From NCBI GenBank assembly GCA_037386505.1, contig JARRMA010000016.1, forward strand, positions 1 through 27,200: DNA of 27,200 nucleotides, written 5' to 3'. A program made the position numbers and the translations under genes. This document shows, piece by piece, positions 9,131 to 18,528 of the stretch (the first letter of the stretch is position 1; each line of letters opens with the position of its first letter). The notes beneath the pieces were generated by a model. That model had not been told where the DNA came from, ran no database searches, and saw nothing but the letters and a program-made list of their open reading frames with translations. The stretch comes from Candidatus Bathyarchaeota archaeon. GTDB lineage: Archaea > Thermoproteota > Bathyarchaeia > Bathyarchaeales > Bathyarchaeaceae.

Positions 9131-10024
9131 ATGGAGCTTAACCTCAATCAATTGAAAGTTCCATTTAATCTTACATACACATTAGATTGTGGTCAACTTT
9201 TTCGTTGGAAAAAACTTGGAGATTGGTGGTATGGAATTGTTGGAGATAAAATAATTAAGATAAAACAAAACGATGATGGTTTAAGTTTCTTTTTTTCTCC
9301 TGAAACAGCAAATAATGGATTTATAGAAAAATATCTTAGATTAGATGACGATTTACCGCTTATTTATTCTAGAATCGTAAAAGATGAAACAATAGAAAAA
9401 GCAATAGAACAATTCTTTGGGCTTAGACTAATAAGACAAGAACCATGGGAATGTCTTATCAGCTATATCTGTGCAACATTCAAAGGAATCCCAGCAATTA
9501 AAAAAATGATTAATAATATGTCCAAATGCTTTGGAGAAAAATTGGTCTGTGATGGATATGAATTTTATACATTTCCTAAACCAAAACAGTTAGCTCAAAC
9601 CAGTCCAAGAAATTTAAGAACTTGTGGTCTAGGTTTTAGAGCCGAAAGAGTGATAGAAACCGCAAAAATGATTCATACTAAAAAAATTTCTCTTGACGAC
9701 ATAAAATTATTAGAGTATACTGAAGCAAAACATGAACTTCTTACATTGCCCGGTGTAGGTCATAAGGTTGCAGATTGTATACTTCTTTTTTCAATGGAGA
9801 AACTAGAAGCATTTCCTATAGATGTATGGATTAAAAGGGCAATAACAAATCTTTATTCCAGATATTTTGAATCTTCCTTCATTAAGAGAATTGAACATAA
9901 AAACTCAATAACAACCAAAGAATACGAAACTATTGGTTGTATTGCAAGGGAATATTTTGGAAACTATGCGGGTTATGCACAGGAATATCTTTTTCATTTT
10001 CTTAGAACAAAAAATCGTTTATAA
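9131..10024 (+). CDS. ogg1: 8-oxoguanine DNA glycosylase (Ogg1-type, HhH-GPD)
   Basis: TLDCGQLFRW, RQEPWECLISYI, LPGVGHKVADC...FPID, YAGYAQEYLF. Has its own ATG at 9131 with GAGGAAAGG upstream. Confidence 0.9.
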   Translation: MELNLNQLKVPFNLTYTLDCGQLFRWKKLGDWWYGIVGDKIIKIKQNDDGLSFFFSPETANNGFIEKYLRLDDDLPLIYSRIVKDETIEKAIEQFFGLRLIRQEPWECLISYICATFKGIPAIKKMINNMSKCFGEKLVCDGYEFYTFPKPKQLAQTSPRNLRTCGLGFRAERVIETAKMIHTKKISLDDIKLLEYTEAKHELLTLPGVGHKVADCILLFSMEKLEAFPIDVWIKRAITNLYSRYFESSFIKRIEHKNSITTKEYETIGCIAREYFGNYAGYAQEYLFHFLRTKNRL

Positions 10025-10030
10025 ATAAAT

Positions 10031-11515
10031 CTAACCTTTTACAACACCTATTGGAACTAAACGGACAACTCGTGTTGCAATTCCCACTTTATCGCTAACT
10101 TCAACAACATTATCAACATTCTTATAGGCCATATCAGCTTCCTCAGCCAAAACAACGGAGCTAGCAGATTTAACAACTATTCCTCGAGACTCCAAGTTCT
10201 GTTTTATATCTCCACCCCAAAACCTTCTTTTGGCAGCTGACCTGCTTAGCATACGACCCGCTCCGTGAGCAGTAGAGCCAAAAGTGAGTTCCATAGCCCT
10301 ATGTGTTCCAACTAAGAGCCATGAACTGGTTCCCATACTTCCAGGTATTATTACTGGTTGTCCAACTGCTCTATAATCTTGAGGAATGTCTTTATGTTCA
10401 GGAGGGAAACAACGCGTAGCTCCTTTTCTATGAGTTAAGACCTTAGTCTTTTTACCTTCGATTACATGTTCCTCAATTTTTGCTATATTATGAGCAACAT
10501 CGTAAACCAAATTTAAACCAAATTCTTCTGATGGTTTCTTTAGAATCTCTTCAAAACTCTGACGTACCCAATGAGTTATCACTTGGCGATTGACAAACGC
10601 ATAATTCACTGCACAAGCCATAGCTTGATAATAGTCTTGTGCTTCATCACTTGTTGCAGGAGCACAAGCAAGTTCTCGATCAGGTAAAGATATATTATAT
10701 TTTTGCACAGCTCTTTCCATTACTCGAAGATAATCTGAACATGTTTGATGACCAAAACCTCTAGATCCACAGTGAATTAAGACTGTCACTTGTCCTTCAT
10801 GGTTTACCCCGAATTTTTTTGCAACTTTTTTATTGTAAATTTTGTCAACTTTTCCTATTTCTAAGAAATGATTACCAGACCCAAGAGTACCACTTTGAGG
10901 AAGACCCCTTTGTTTGGCTCGAGATGATACTTTATCAGGATTAGCACCTTCCATGCACCCGCCTTCTTCACAGTGTTTGATATCTTCGGGTCGTCCTAAT
11001 CCTTTTTCAACAGCCCATGATACACCTTCTGTAATCAACTTATCTAGTTCATGTAAATTTAGTCTGAAGTCTTTTCGACTGCTTCCAAGTCCACTAGGGA
11101 CATTTCTAAAAATAGTAGTTGTAAGAGAAGCAAGATGTGGTCTGATTTCACTTTCAGAAAGATTTGTTGTTAACAAACGAACACCACAATTGATATCATA
11201 ACCAACTCCTCCTGGACTAATTACACCATTCTCATAATCTGTAGCTGCTACTCCACCTATGGGGAATCCATATCCTTCATGTCCATCGGGTAAAGTTATT
11301 GCATAATTGTAAATTCCAGGTAAATGAGCGACGTTTGAACATTGATCTAATGTTCTATCTGTTTTAATTTTGTCAATAAGTTGTTGATCGGCAAAAATCA
11401 TTCCAGGAACGCGCATCCCTGATTTGTAGCTCTTTGGGATAATCCATTGATAATCATCAATCTTTTCGATAGGTACCGATGGTACTCGCTCTCGGAATTT
11501 TTTATGCCTGCTCAC
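10031..11515 (-). CDS. rtcB: RNA-splicing ligase RtcB
   Basis: PDGHEGYGFPIG, GYDINCG, LGSGNHFLE, HCGSRG, HRKGAT, STAHGAG. GTG at 11515 with a GGTGAT SD is preferred over ATG 11575. Confidence 0.96.
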   Translation of the reverse strand: MSRHKKFRERVPSVPIEKIDDYQWIIPKSYKSGMRVPGMIFADQQLIDKIKTDRTLDQCSNVAHLPGIYNYAITLPDGHEGYGFPIGGVAATDYENGVISPGGVGYDINCGVRLLTTNLSESEIRPHLASLTTTIFRNVPSGLGSSRKDFRLNLHELDKLITEGVSWAVEKGLGRPEDIKHCEEGGCMEGANPDKVSSRAKQRGLPQSGTLGSGNHFLEIGKVDKIYNKKVAKKFGVNHEGQVTVLIHCGSRGFGHQTCSDYLRVMERAVQKYNISLPDRELACAPATSDEAQDYYQAMACAVNYAFVNRQVITHWVRQSFEEILKKPSEEFGLNLVYDVAHNIAKIEEHVIEGKKTKVLTHRKGATRCFPPEHKDIPQDYRAVGQPVIIPGSMGTSSWLLVGTHRAMELTFGSTAHGAGRMLSRSAAKRRFWGGDIKQNLESRGIVVKSASSVVLAEEADMAYKNVDNVVEVSDKVGIATRVVRLVPIGVVKG

Positions 11516-11661
11516 AGAATCACCGTTATACAGAGTTGCTTTTAGGACCTTATAAATTCTGATGTAAAAATTCATTTAAGTTGAAAAAATCAAAATCTAT
11601 ATTTTAGAATAAGATTCTTGATTCTGAAACCTTTTACGAACTAATATCTCCTTTAGCAACT

Positions 11662-11841
11662 ATGAAAAATGTGAAGATTTCTTGGACTATCGGATGTTGG
11701 ATATCGTTATTTATAATTTCAATATATCACATTTACATTTGTAACTTTACAAATGTTTTTCCAGTTTGGTATTCCACAATAATAGTTTGGTTTTCAGGAT
11801 TTATAGCTTTGTCATCTTTAATAAAAAAAGGTGAATTTTAA
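11662..11841 (+). CDS. Putative small membrane protein, 59 aa, two hydrophobic segments (absent from the ORF track)
   Basis: MKNVKISWTIGCWISLFIISIYHIYICNFTNVFPVWYSTIIVWFSGFIALSSLIKKGEF*. Fills the gap between rtcB and the HemK-like gene. No clear SD. Confidence 0.45.
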   Translation: MKNVKISWTIGCWISLFIISIYHIYICNFTNVFPVWYSTIIVWFSGFIALSSLIKKGEF

Positions 11842-11857
11842 TACTAAAAAATCAAAA

Positions 11858-12451
11858 TTAAGTAAATTTTGCCTCAATCAGCAATATTTTTTCGAATGGA
11901 AATTTTAATTGCGCAATAATTTGTGCTTTCATATTTCTTTGGTTAAAAATGTCAAGAGTTCTATTTTCATCTGAAAGAGACGATTGAATAAGGAGAATTC
12001 TTCCTTTGTTAGATAAAAAGGAGGGAGCTTCATTTATAAATCGATCAATCACTTTTCGTCCATTTCTTCCTCCTGCCCAGGATTTTTCAATCCAACTTTT
12101 TTCTTCCTCAGGCTCACTAGGTAAATATGGAGAATTGAAGATTATCAAATTGAATTTCTTACAGGGCACAATTGGTTGAAATAGATCTCCCCGTAAGAAA
12201 TTGATTTTTTCTTTCACAAAATTAGATTCTGCATTTTTAATTGCACAGGATAAAGCAAATGGATTTATATCAACAGCTAGAACGCTTTTTGCTTCTTTTG
12301 CTACTATGATGGCTAGAATTCCACAACCTGTACCCATATCCAAAACATTATCATTTTTTAGTAATTTCAAATTTTCTCCTAATAAGAAGCTGTCTTCAGC
12401 CGGTTCGTAAACGTGTTCACTAATAATGAAAACATTATCTTGATAGTAGAT
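11858..12451 (-). CDS. HemK2/N6AMT1-like SAM-dependent methyltransferase; start codon missing
   Basis: VYEPAEDSFLL lies upstream of the TTG called at 12370. Also VLDMGTGCG and NSPY motifs. The frame is open to 12451 and preceded by an in-frame TAA with no ATG/GTG/TTG. Confidence 0.85.
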   Translation of the reverse strand: MYYQDNVFIISEHVYEPAEDSFLLGENLKLLKNDNVLDMGTGCGILAIIVAKEAKSVLAVDINPFALSCAIKNAESNFVKEKINFLRGDLFQPIVPCKKFNLIIFNSPYLPSEPEEEKSWIEKSWAGGRNGRKVIDRFINEAPSFLSNKGRILLIQSSLSDENRTLDIFNQRNMKAQIIAQLKFPFEKILLIEAKFT

Positions 12452-13244
12452 TTAATTGGGTGGAATTAAGAACAGGCCCGTCTTTACATACTCTTAGTTT
12501 TCCTATTGAACAACTTCCGCATAAACCAATAGAGCAACGCATTATCCGTTCCAAACTGGCTTGGATAGGGATATTGTTTTTTTCAGCTAAAACAAACAAG
12601 TTATACATCATTTGTTCCGGTCCGCAAGTATATATCATATCAAAATTTTCTTCCGCTAATTTTGCTTCTACCTGTTTTGTAACTAGACATTCAATTCCAT
12701 AGCTTCCATCTTCTGTTGTAAACAAGAATTTTGAATCTATAGATGAAAGAATTTTTGGTATTCGATCTAAAAATAACAGATTGTTTCGACTTTTTGCTCC
12801 ACTCAAGACAGTAATTTTATCAGCTATTTTAATAAGCTCTTCAGTTAGAGGCATTAAAGGACCTATTCCAGTTCCACCACCAACCACCAACACATTTCCA
12901 CGTGTTAGAACAAATCCGGTTCCAAAAGGTCCCCTGATTCCAATTTTTTCTCCAATTTTTTTCTCATTAAGAGCTTTACTTGCAGGACCTACAGAATTTA
13001 TCGTTATAGAAGATAATCCATTCTTATTTATTCCAGAAAAACTTATGGGAACTTCATCAATTCCAGGTATCCAGACCATAACAAATTGACCTGGAAATGC
13101 ATGAATACAAAGTTTATCCTTAAATTTTAAAGTTGTTACAGTTGGATTTTCTCTTTTAGAATTTAATATTTCAACTATTCTCATTCGATTAATACTTTTA
13201 AGAGGAAGAGAACTCGAAGATGACTTGTTCAAATGATAGTCCAT
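12435..13244 (-). CDS. pyrK: Dihydroorotate dehydrogenase electron transfer subunit (start uncertain; C-terminus may be clipped)
   Basis: PGQFVMVW, RGPFG, VGGGTG, CGPEQMM and the [2Fe-2S] motif CSIGLCGSC...C; adjacent to pyrD. Confidence 0.92.
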   Translation of the reverse strand: MDYHLNKSSSSSLPLKSINRMRIVEILNSKRENPTVTTLKFKDKLCIHAFPGQFVMVWIPGIDEVPISFSGINKNGLSSITINSVGPASKALNEKKIGEKIGIRGPFGTGFVLTRGNVLVVGGGTGIGPLMPLTEELIKIADKITVLSGAKSRNNLLFLDRIPKILSSIDSKFLFTTEDGSYGIECLVTKQVEAKLAEENFDMIYTCGPEQMMYNLFVLAEKNNIPIQASLERIMRCSIGLCGSCSIGKLRVCKDGPVLNSTQLNLLSR

Positions 13245-13368
13245 TTGAGTATACCAACCATTTTAATCGAATATTCTATCTTTTGAATAGAAATGTTATT
13301 TTAAAAATGCTTAATTTATTGTTTAAAGATATTGGTTGATTTTCAAGGTGAAATGAAAAATTTGTAGT

Positions 13369-14283
13369 TTAATATTTGTGTGATAAGCCCACAATTTCGT
13401 TAACATTCTTGAATCCTTTTCTATTTAGATAAGTTTCAATTCCTTCAGTTACAGAATGGAAGATCTTATCTCCTTTATAGGCAATGGCTGTTCCTATCTG
13501 AACAGCAGAGGCACCAGCTAGCATAAATTCAACGGCATCTTGCCAACTGATGATTCCACCACATCCAATAACGGGAATATCAACTGAATTGTAAATATCA
13601 TATACACATCTAATTGCCATAGGTTTTATTGCTGATCCAGATAATCCCCCAAATTTATTTGCTAAAATAGGTCTGTTAGTTTCTATATCTATTGCCATTG
13701 CCTTAAACGTATTTACAGCAGTGATTGCATCTGCACCAGCTTTTTCAACGGTTCTAGCAAGATCTGATATGTTAGTAACATTTGGAGTCAATTTAACTAT
13801 AATTGGTTTGTTAACTGTTTTCTTAACGTTTTTTACAATCTTTGTCAAGAGAATTGGGTCGCATCCAATCTCTGCTCCAGCTCTCTCTATATGAGGACAA
13901 GATACATTCAATTCAAGAGCATCTGCTCCTATTTTAACTGCTATCTCTGCTACATCACAGAATTCTTTTGGGGAAAAACCATATATGCTAATAATTGTGG
14001 GAGCATGAATTTTTTTCAGTTGGTTCATTTCTTCTTTGAAGTGGTTAATTCCTGAATTTGGTAAACCCATTGCATTAAGTAATCCGCATTCAGTTTGGAC
14101 GATTGTTGGATTAGGATATCCTATTCTTGGTTTTAGTCCCATTGATTTTGTGATTACCGCACCTGCACCTGCTTCAATCACACTCATTAATGATAATCCT
14201 GTGTAGCCAAGAATTCCTGAAGCGAGTATAGTTGGATTGGCAAGTTTTAATCCACATAAGTTAGTTGTGATCAAAGTATTCAT
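13369..14283 (-). CDS. pyrD: Dihydroorotate dehydrogenase family 1B catalytic subunit
   Basis: NPTILASG, LNAMGLPN, ELNVSCP, VKLTPN, GGLSG, GASAVQIGTA. Confidence 0.95.
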   Translation of the reverse strand: MNTLITTNLCGLKLANPTILASGILGYTGLSLMSVIEAGAGAVITKSMGLKPRIGYPNPTIVQTECGLLNAMGLPNSGINHFKEEMNQLKKIHAPTIISIYGFSPKEFCDVAEIAVKIGADALELNVSCPHIERAGAEIGCDPILLTKIVKNVKKTVNKPIIVKLTPNVTNISDLARTVEKAGADAITAVNTFKAMAIDIETNRPILANKFGGLSGSAIKPMAIRCVYDIYNSVDIPVIGCGGIISWQDAVEFMLAGASAVQIGTAIAYKGDKIFHSVTEGIETYLNRKGFKNVNEIVGLSHKY

Positions 14284-14376
14284 TTGAGGCCTTCCTGTTG
14301 CAGTAAAAGTTATCCACTGCCAAGATAAATGTTAGGAAGTAACTCTTAATACTATGTAATAAATGGTGGACAATCT

Positions 14377-15537
14377 GTGAAAGCAACAATCGTAGAATCT
14401 GTTATTGGATTTTTTGGTTTTGGGGAAGATAACAAACTGGTAGAACAAGTCTTTTTTTCAAAAGATTCGTTAGAGACTGCCAAAAAACTCAGAAAGATAG
14501 AAGAAGGAAAAATAATAGAAGAAATATTAACTTTAATCAATAAGTTGAAAGAAAAAGGATATACAAATTTTGTTTTTGATAATAAAGAAATAGTCAGAAA
14601 GATTCAGGAAAAGCTTAACATTGAAATAAATTTAGAAAAATCTTCAGAAGCAAGCAGAAAGCTTCGAGAAAATTTAGATAAAATTGCTTTAGAATCAAAT
14701 TTTCTTAAAAATAAAGATCAGATTCATGCATATATTCATAATGTTTCAATTGAACTTGCAAAGATAAAGATTAAAAAAACAATTGAAAAAAGGGATCTGT
14801 TAGTTGCACAAGCTGTGCAATCCATTGATGATTTAGACAAATCATTAAATCTTTTTATGAATCGCATAAGGGAGTGGTTTGGATTACATTTTCCAGAATT
14901 GGATAGACTTCTTGATAAACATGAAACGTATGCCCGCCTCATTGTTAATTTGGGAGAAAGAAATAATTTCATTGAAGAAAAACTTGAGGAAGAGGGATTA
15001 CCTAAGAATAAATCTCATTCTATATCCGAAGTTGCAGCGGCATCAATGGGGGCAGATATAAGCCAAGAAGATTTAGGTCAAATTCAAGAAATGAGCAATA
15101 ATATCCTTAAGCTATATGATTTACGTCAATCATTAGAAGTGTATGTGGATTCAGTAATGTATGATGTTGCACCTAATATTCGAGAAATCGGTGGTTCACT
15201 TCTAGGCGCACGTTTATTGGCCCTTTCTGGGGGATTACTAAATTTAGCAAAGTTGCCAGCAAGCACGATTCAGGTCTTAGGTGCGGAAAAAGCTCTTTTT
15301 AGGGCTTTGAAGACAAAAGCGCGACCTCCCAAACATGGAATAATATTTCAACATCCACTTATTCATGATGCTAAACGGTGGCAAAGAGGAAAAATTGCCC
15401 GTGCGTTAGCTGGAAAATTAAGTATAGCAGCCAGAGTTGATGCATTTAATGGTGAATTCATAGGAAATAAGTTGAAAGTCGAACTTGAGAAAAGAATTGA
15501 TGAAATAAAAGAAAAATATAAGAAACCTAGAATATAG
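14377..15537 (+). CDS. nop5: C/D box sRNP subunit Nop5 (Nop56/58); C-terminal tail possibly clipped
   Basis: REWFGLHFPEL, LPASTIQVLGAEKALF, PPKHGIIFQHP, RGKIARALAGK. Confidence 0.95.
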   Translation: MKATIVESVIGFFGFGEDNKLVEQVFFSKDSLETAKKLRKIEEGKIIEEILTLINKLKEKGYTNFVFDNKEIVRKIQEKLNIEINLEKSSEASRKLRENLDKIALESNFLKNKDQIHAYIHNVSIELAKIKIKKTIEKRDLLVAQAVQSIDDLDKSLNLFMNRIREWFGLHFPELDRLLDKHETYARLIVNLGERNNFIEEKLEEEGLPKNKSHSISEVAAASMGADISQEDLGQIQEMSNNILKLYDLRQSLEVYVDSVMYDVAPNIREIGGSLLGARLLALSGGLLNLAKLPASTIQVLGAEKALFRALKTKARPPKHGIIFQHPLIHDAKRWQRGKIARALAGKLSIAARVDAFNGEFIGNKLKVELEKRIDEIKEKYKKPRI

Positions 15538-16139
15538 CTCCTGGATTTTCAGTTTATGGGGAACGACGAGTTAATTTCAATAATGAAGAATATAGGTTTT
15601 GGGATCCATATAGGAGCAAGCTTGCGGCCGCAATATTAAACGGTTTAGATAGGGTTCCAATAGTCCCAGGAAATAAGATACTATATTTAGGTGCAGCTTC
15701 AGGTACAACTGCAAGCCATATTTCTGACATAGTAGGCGAAGAAGGACAAGTATATTGCATCGAATTTTCTTCGCGTTCTATACGGGAACTAGTTAACAAT
15801 GTAGCCACTCATCGTTACAACATAATGCCTATTTTGGCAGATGCACGATTACCCGAATCTTATTCATGCATGATTGAACAGGTTGATAGTATTTATTTTG
15901 ATGTAGCTCAACCTGAACAGGCTCGTATATTAGCTGACAATTCAGACATTTTTCTAATAAAAGGAGGATGGGTGATGATAACTATTAAGGCTCAAAGTAT
16001 TGATGTAACTAAGGAACCTACAGAGGTATTCAAAAAAGAAATTGAAATTCTGGAATCCAGAGGTTTTAATGTTCAAAATGTCATAAATCTTGAACCATTT
16101 GATAAAGCACATGTCATGGTTGTTGCATTTAAAAAATAA
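15531..16139 (+). CDS. flpA: Fibrillarin-like rRNA 2'-O-methyltransferase; N-terminus and start codon missing
   Basis: The frame read from 15531 gives NIAPGFSVYGE...YRFWDPYRSKLAAAI...LYLGAASGTTASHISD and continues into ORF 15825-16139 (DVAQPEQA, LEPFDKAH). An in-frame TAG lies at 15528-15530. Confidence 0.92.
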   Translation, partial: NIAPGFSVYGERRVNFNNEEYRFWDPYRSKLAAAILNGLDRVPIVPGNKILYLGAASGTTASHISDIVGEEGQVYCIEFSSRSIRELVNNVATHRYNIMPILADARLPESYSCMIEQVDSIYFDVAQPEQARILADNSDIFLIKGGWVMITIKAQSIDVTKEPTEVFKKEIEILESRGFNVQNVINLEPFDKAHVMVVAFKK

Positions 16140-16197
16140 ACAATTAGCTTTTTCAAGATCTAACTTGGTTTTTTAAAGTTATAATCCTTATTTTGGT

Positions 16198-17049
16198 TTA
16201 TAGAGTGTCATCAATACCTTTAATGAGCTCGTGTATGTCAAGACCAACATTTTTTCCTATATATCCACCCTCTAAAACACCAAAAACTGGTTTTTTTAAT
16301 TCTCCTATCATTTTTCCAATTTTACGATAACAGTTAGAGGTTAAATTTAATGAAGCTAAATCTCCTTCGTGAGCATCAAAACCTGCAGAAATAGCAATTC
16401 TCTTGACGTTTTCGATTTTTACAAGGTTTAAGGCTGATTTTAAAGTCTCTAAATATAGTTTGTCTCCTGTTGAGTAAGGCAATGGAAAATTAAGACAGTT
16501 ATCTTTTGATCTTAATCCTGTTCCTGGATAGGTTGGATATCTATGTAATGAAATAAATGTTACTTTTTGATCCCCTTGAAAAATTTCCTGCGTTCCATTT
16601 CCATGGTGCCCATCAATATCAATAATTAAAGTTTGTTCATTCATCTTTCTTACTGCAATTGCAATATTATTGAAATAACAAAAACCTAAGGTTGAAACAC
16701 CCATGGCTCTTCCGTTTATTCCAGCATGATGTCCCGGAGGTCTCATTAAAGAGAACCCATTCTTTTGAGCAGCAACTAAAGCCCCACCAGCAGAGAGAAG
16801 AGCATAATTATAGATATTTTTTGGTGCAGGTGTATCTCCATCAAAATAAGTCCCTGGTTTTGCGTTCTTAATAAGATCGATATATTTCTTTGAGTGGACA
16901 GCTAACAAATCATCTTCCGAAGCAGATTCAGGTTCTAAGAATTTATATTTAGTTTTGAGAAATTGCATAGCAATTTTTACACGTTTAGGACCTTCTATAT
17001 GACCGGGCCAAGCATATTCAAGACATTTATCTGAAAATATAAGTAACAT
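16198..17049 (-). CDS. Histone deacetylase family protein (HDAC/AcuC/AphA)
   Basis: RPPGHHA, GFCYFNNIAIA, DIDGHHGNGTQ, YPGTG, SAGFDAH, LEGGY. Confidence 0.93.
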   Translation of the reverse strand: MLLIFSDKCLEYAWPGHIEGPKRVKIAMQFLKTKYKFLEPESASEDDLLAVHSKKYIDLIKNAKPGTYFDGDTPAPKNIYNYALLSAGGALVAAQKNGFSLMRPPGHHAGINGRAMGVSTLGFCYFNNIAIAVRKMNEQTLIIDIDGHHGNGTQEIFQGDQKVTFISLHRYPTYPGTGLRSKDNCLNFPLPYSTGDKLYLETLKSALNLVKIENVKRIAISAGFDAHEGDLASLNLTSNCYRKIGKMIGELKKPVFGVLEGGYIGKNVGLDIHELIKGIDDTL

Positions 17050-17093
17050 TTGTTAATAGCGCTCCTTAGAGCGAAATATCTTCTAAAGAAAAA

Positions 17094-17642
17094 TTACGAT
17101 TGTGATTTTTTCATTAGCTCTTCTAATCTAGAGTTAATAGTTTGATAGATCTCAGTTCTAAGATTTTTTCCGGTCAAATTTTTTATCCTTATTACTTCGA
17201 TCTTCTTTGCGAGTTCATTATCACCTAATGAACGAATCCAAAACTCGAAATCTTTCCGGGGAACATGGAATTGTATTGAATTCAAATCAATTGTTTGGAT
17301 TTTATCAACAAAATCTTTTAGATTATTGGCATAAATACCAGAATATTGGTCTAAATCATAGTAAAAATGAAAAGCCTTCTCCGATGAAACGGTTTTTAGA
17401 ATATTTACAGCAAGATTTTTATCTAGATTAGGCATTCCAATCGCCTGTTTTCCTAGACTTGTTATCATATATTGGTGTGTTTCGGGAACGGACACATATT
17501 TGGCTTTAATGAGACCCAATAAATATCCCATCGTTGAGGAAGAATTTAATCCAATTTTATCAGCTATTTCTTGGAGGGTTAGTGGTTTTCCTGAAGCCCA
17601 TAAGACCACTAAAATCTTACCCCTGATTTTGCTTGCACTCAT
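17094..17642 (-). CDS. N-terminal winged HTH plus DUF5752-like domain; putative regulator
   Basis: PLTLQEIADKIGL...LGLIKAKYV...YMIT is wHTH-like. The C-terminal AFHFY...SIQFH...DFEFWI..LGD.ELA pattern matches the tail of the GH57 in this window. Confidence 0.7.
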   Translation of the reverse strand: MSASKIRGKILVVLWASGKPLTLQEIADKIGLNSSSTMGYLLGLIKAKYVSVPETHQYMITSLGKQAIGMPNLDKNLAVNILKTVSSEKAFHFYYDLDQYSGIYANNLKDFVDKIQTIDLNSIQFHVPRKDFEFWIRSLGDNELAKKIEVIRIKNLTGKNLRTEIYQTINSRLEELMKKSQS

Positions 17643-17873
17643 GCTCTGAACAACCTAGAGAATAATTATTTGTTTATGTTATTATCTCTAACGGTCCAAA
17701 ATATGATAAAAATTAATGGTTATTATAGAAGCTTTATACATCTTTTAAAAATGATGAAAAAAATTTAATCTAAGAGCATGATTTGTATTTCTTTTAATTA
17801 AAAATTAGAAAAACGGATTATAATCATCAACTTTATTAGATTCATCAATTACTGGTTAATTAGGTGTTGTATC

Positions 17874-18107
17874 ATGGAAAAGACTGTAAAGGAACAGGTT
17901 CAGCAATGCATTGAAGAAGTAAGACCACAATTACAAGCAGACGGCGGAGATATTGAACTAATAGAGGTAAAGAATGGTATAGCAAAGGTGAAATTGAAAG
18001 GTGCTTGTAATGGATGTCCTATGTCATCTATGACGCTTCAATGGGGAGTTGTAAGCTGTATAAAGAAGAGAGTACCCGAAATTAAGAATGTTGAAGTTGT
18101 CCAATAA
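17874..18107 (+). CDS. NifU C-terminal domain (Nfu-type) Fe-S carrier protein
   Basis: VRPQLQADGGDIEL and GACNGCP (CxxC). Confidence 0.9.
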   Translation: MEKTVKEQVQQCIEEVRPQLQADGGDIELIEVKNGIAKVKLKGACNGCPMSSMTLQWGVVSCIKKRVPEIKNVEVVQ

Positions 18108-18195
18108 TCATTCAATCTTTTTATTTAATTTAGTAACTATTCGATTTATTATAAGAAATTAATAATAATCTAGAGCATACTAGACGAAAGAAGTA

Positions 18196-18528
18196 TTATT
18201 TAATCATCGTTAATAGCATCTTAAATCGTTTAGTCGCTTTTAATGAATGAGGCTTATTTGCTGGCATCATAACCATTTCTCCTTTTGATAAAACAATCTT
18301 AGTTCCAGAAATGATTACTTCAACTTCACCTTCTAAATTATAAACCAGAGCATCAAAAGGTGCAGTATGCTCACTTAATCCCTGATTTTCATCAAATGCA
18401 AATAGTGTGACTGTTCCTGTTTCTTTATCAATTATGGTTCGACTGACAATAGCATCTTTCTGATAATTAATTAATTCAGCTAATTTATTTGCTTTAGAAA
18501 ATATATCGAGATCTTTTAACATTTTCAT
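18196..18528 (-). CDS. Cupin domain protein
   Basis: LSEHTAP...LEGE...MPANKPHSL cupin motifs. Confidence 0.88.
   Translation of the reverse strand: MKMLKDLDIFSKANKLAELINYQKDAIVSRTIIDKETGTVTLFAFDENQGLSEHTAPFDALVYNLEGEVEVIISGTKIVLSKGEMVMMPANKPHSLKATKRFKMLLTMIK

Noticed and set aside
11467-11494. Bulged hairpin near the rtcB 5' end (CGA G AG CGA GUACC AUC GGUAC CU A UCG) considered as a second BHB intron
   Set aside because: The central helix has a G-A mismatch and there is no proper second bulge. Excising the 20 nt would break the frame and delete the family-like VPIEK. It could at most be a regulatory hairpin.
4166-11515. Inteins in cdc48 or rtcB
   Set aside because: Protein lengths are normal and the motifs are contiguous (e.g. 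YDINCGVRLL), with no insertion seen.
14290-14340. Nested inverted repeats (CTTCCT/AGGAAG, GCAGT/ACTGC) in the pyrD-nop5 divergent region
   Set aside because: The arms are short and widely spaced, and they match no RNA family I can recognise.
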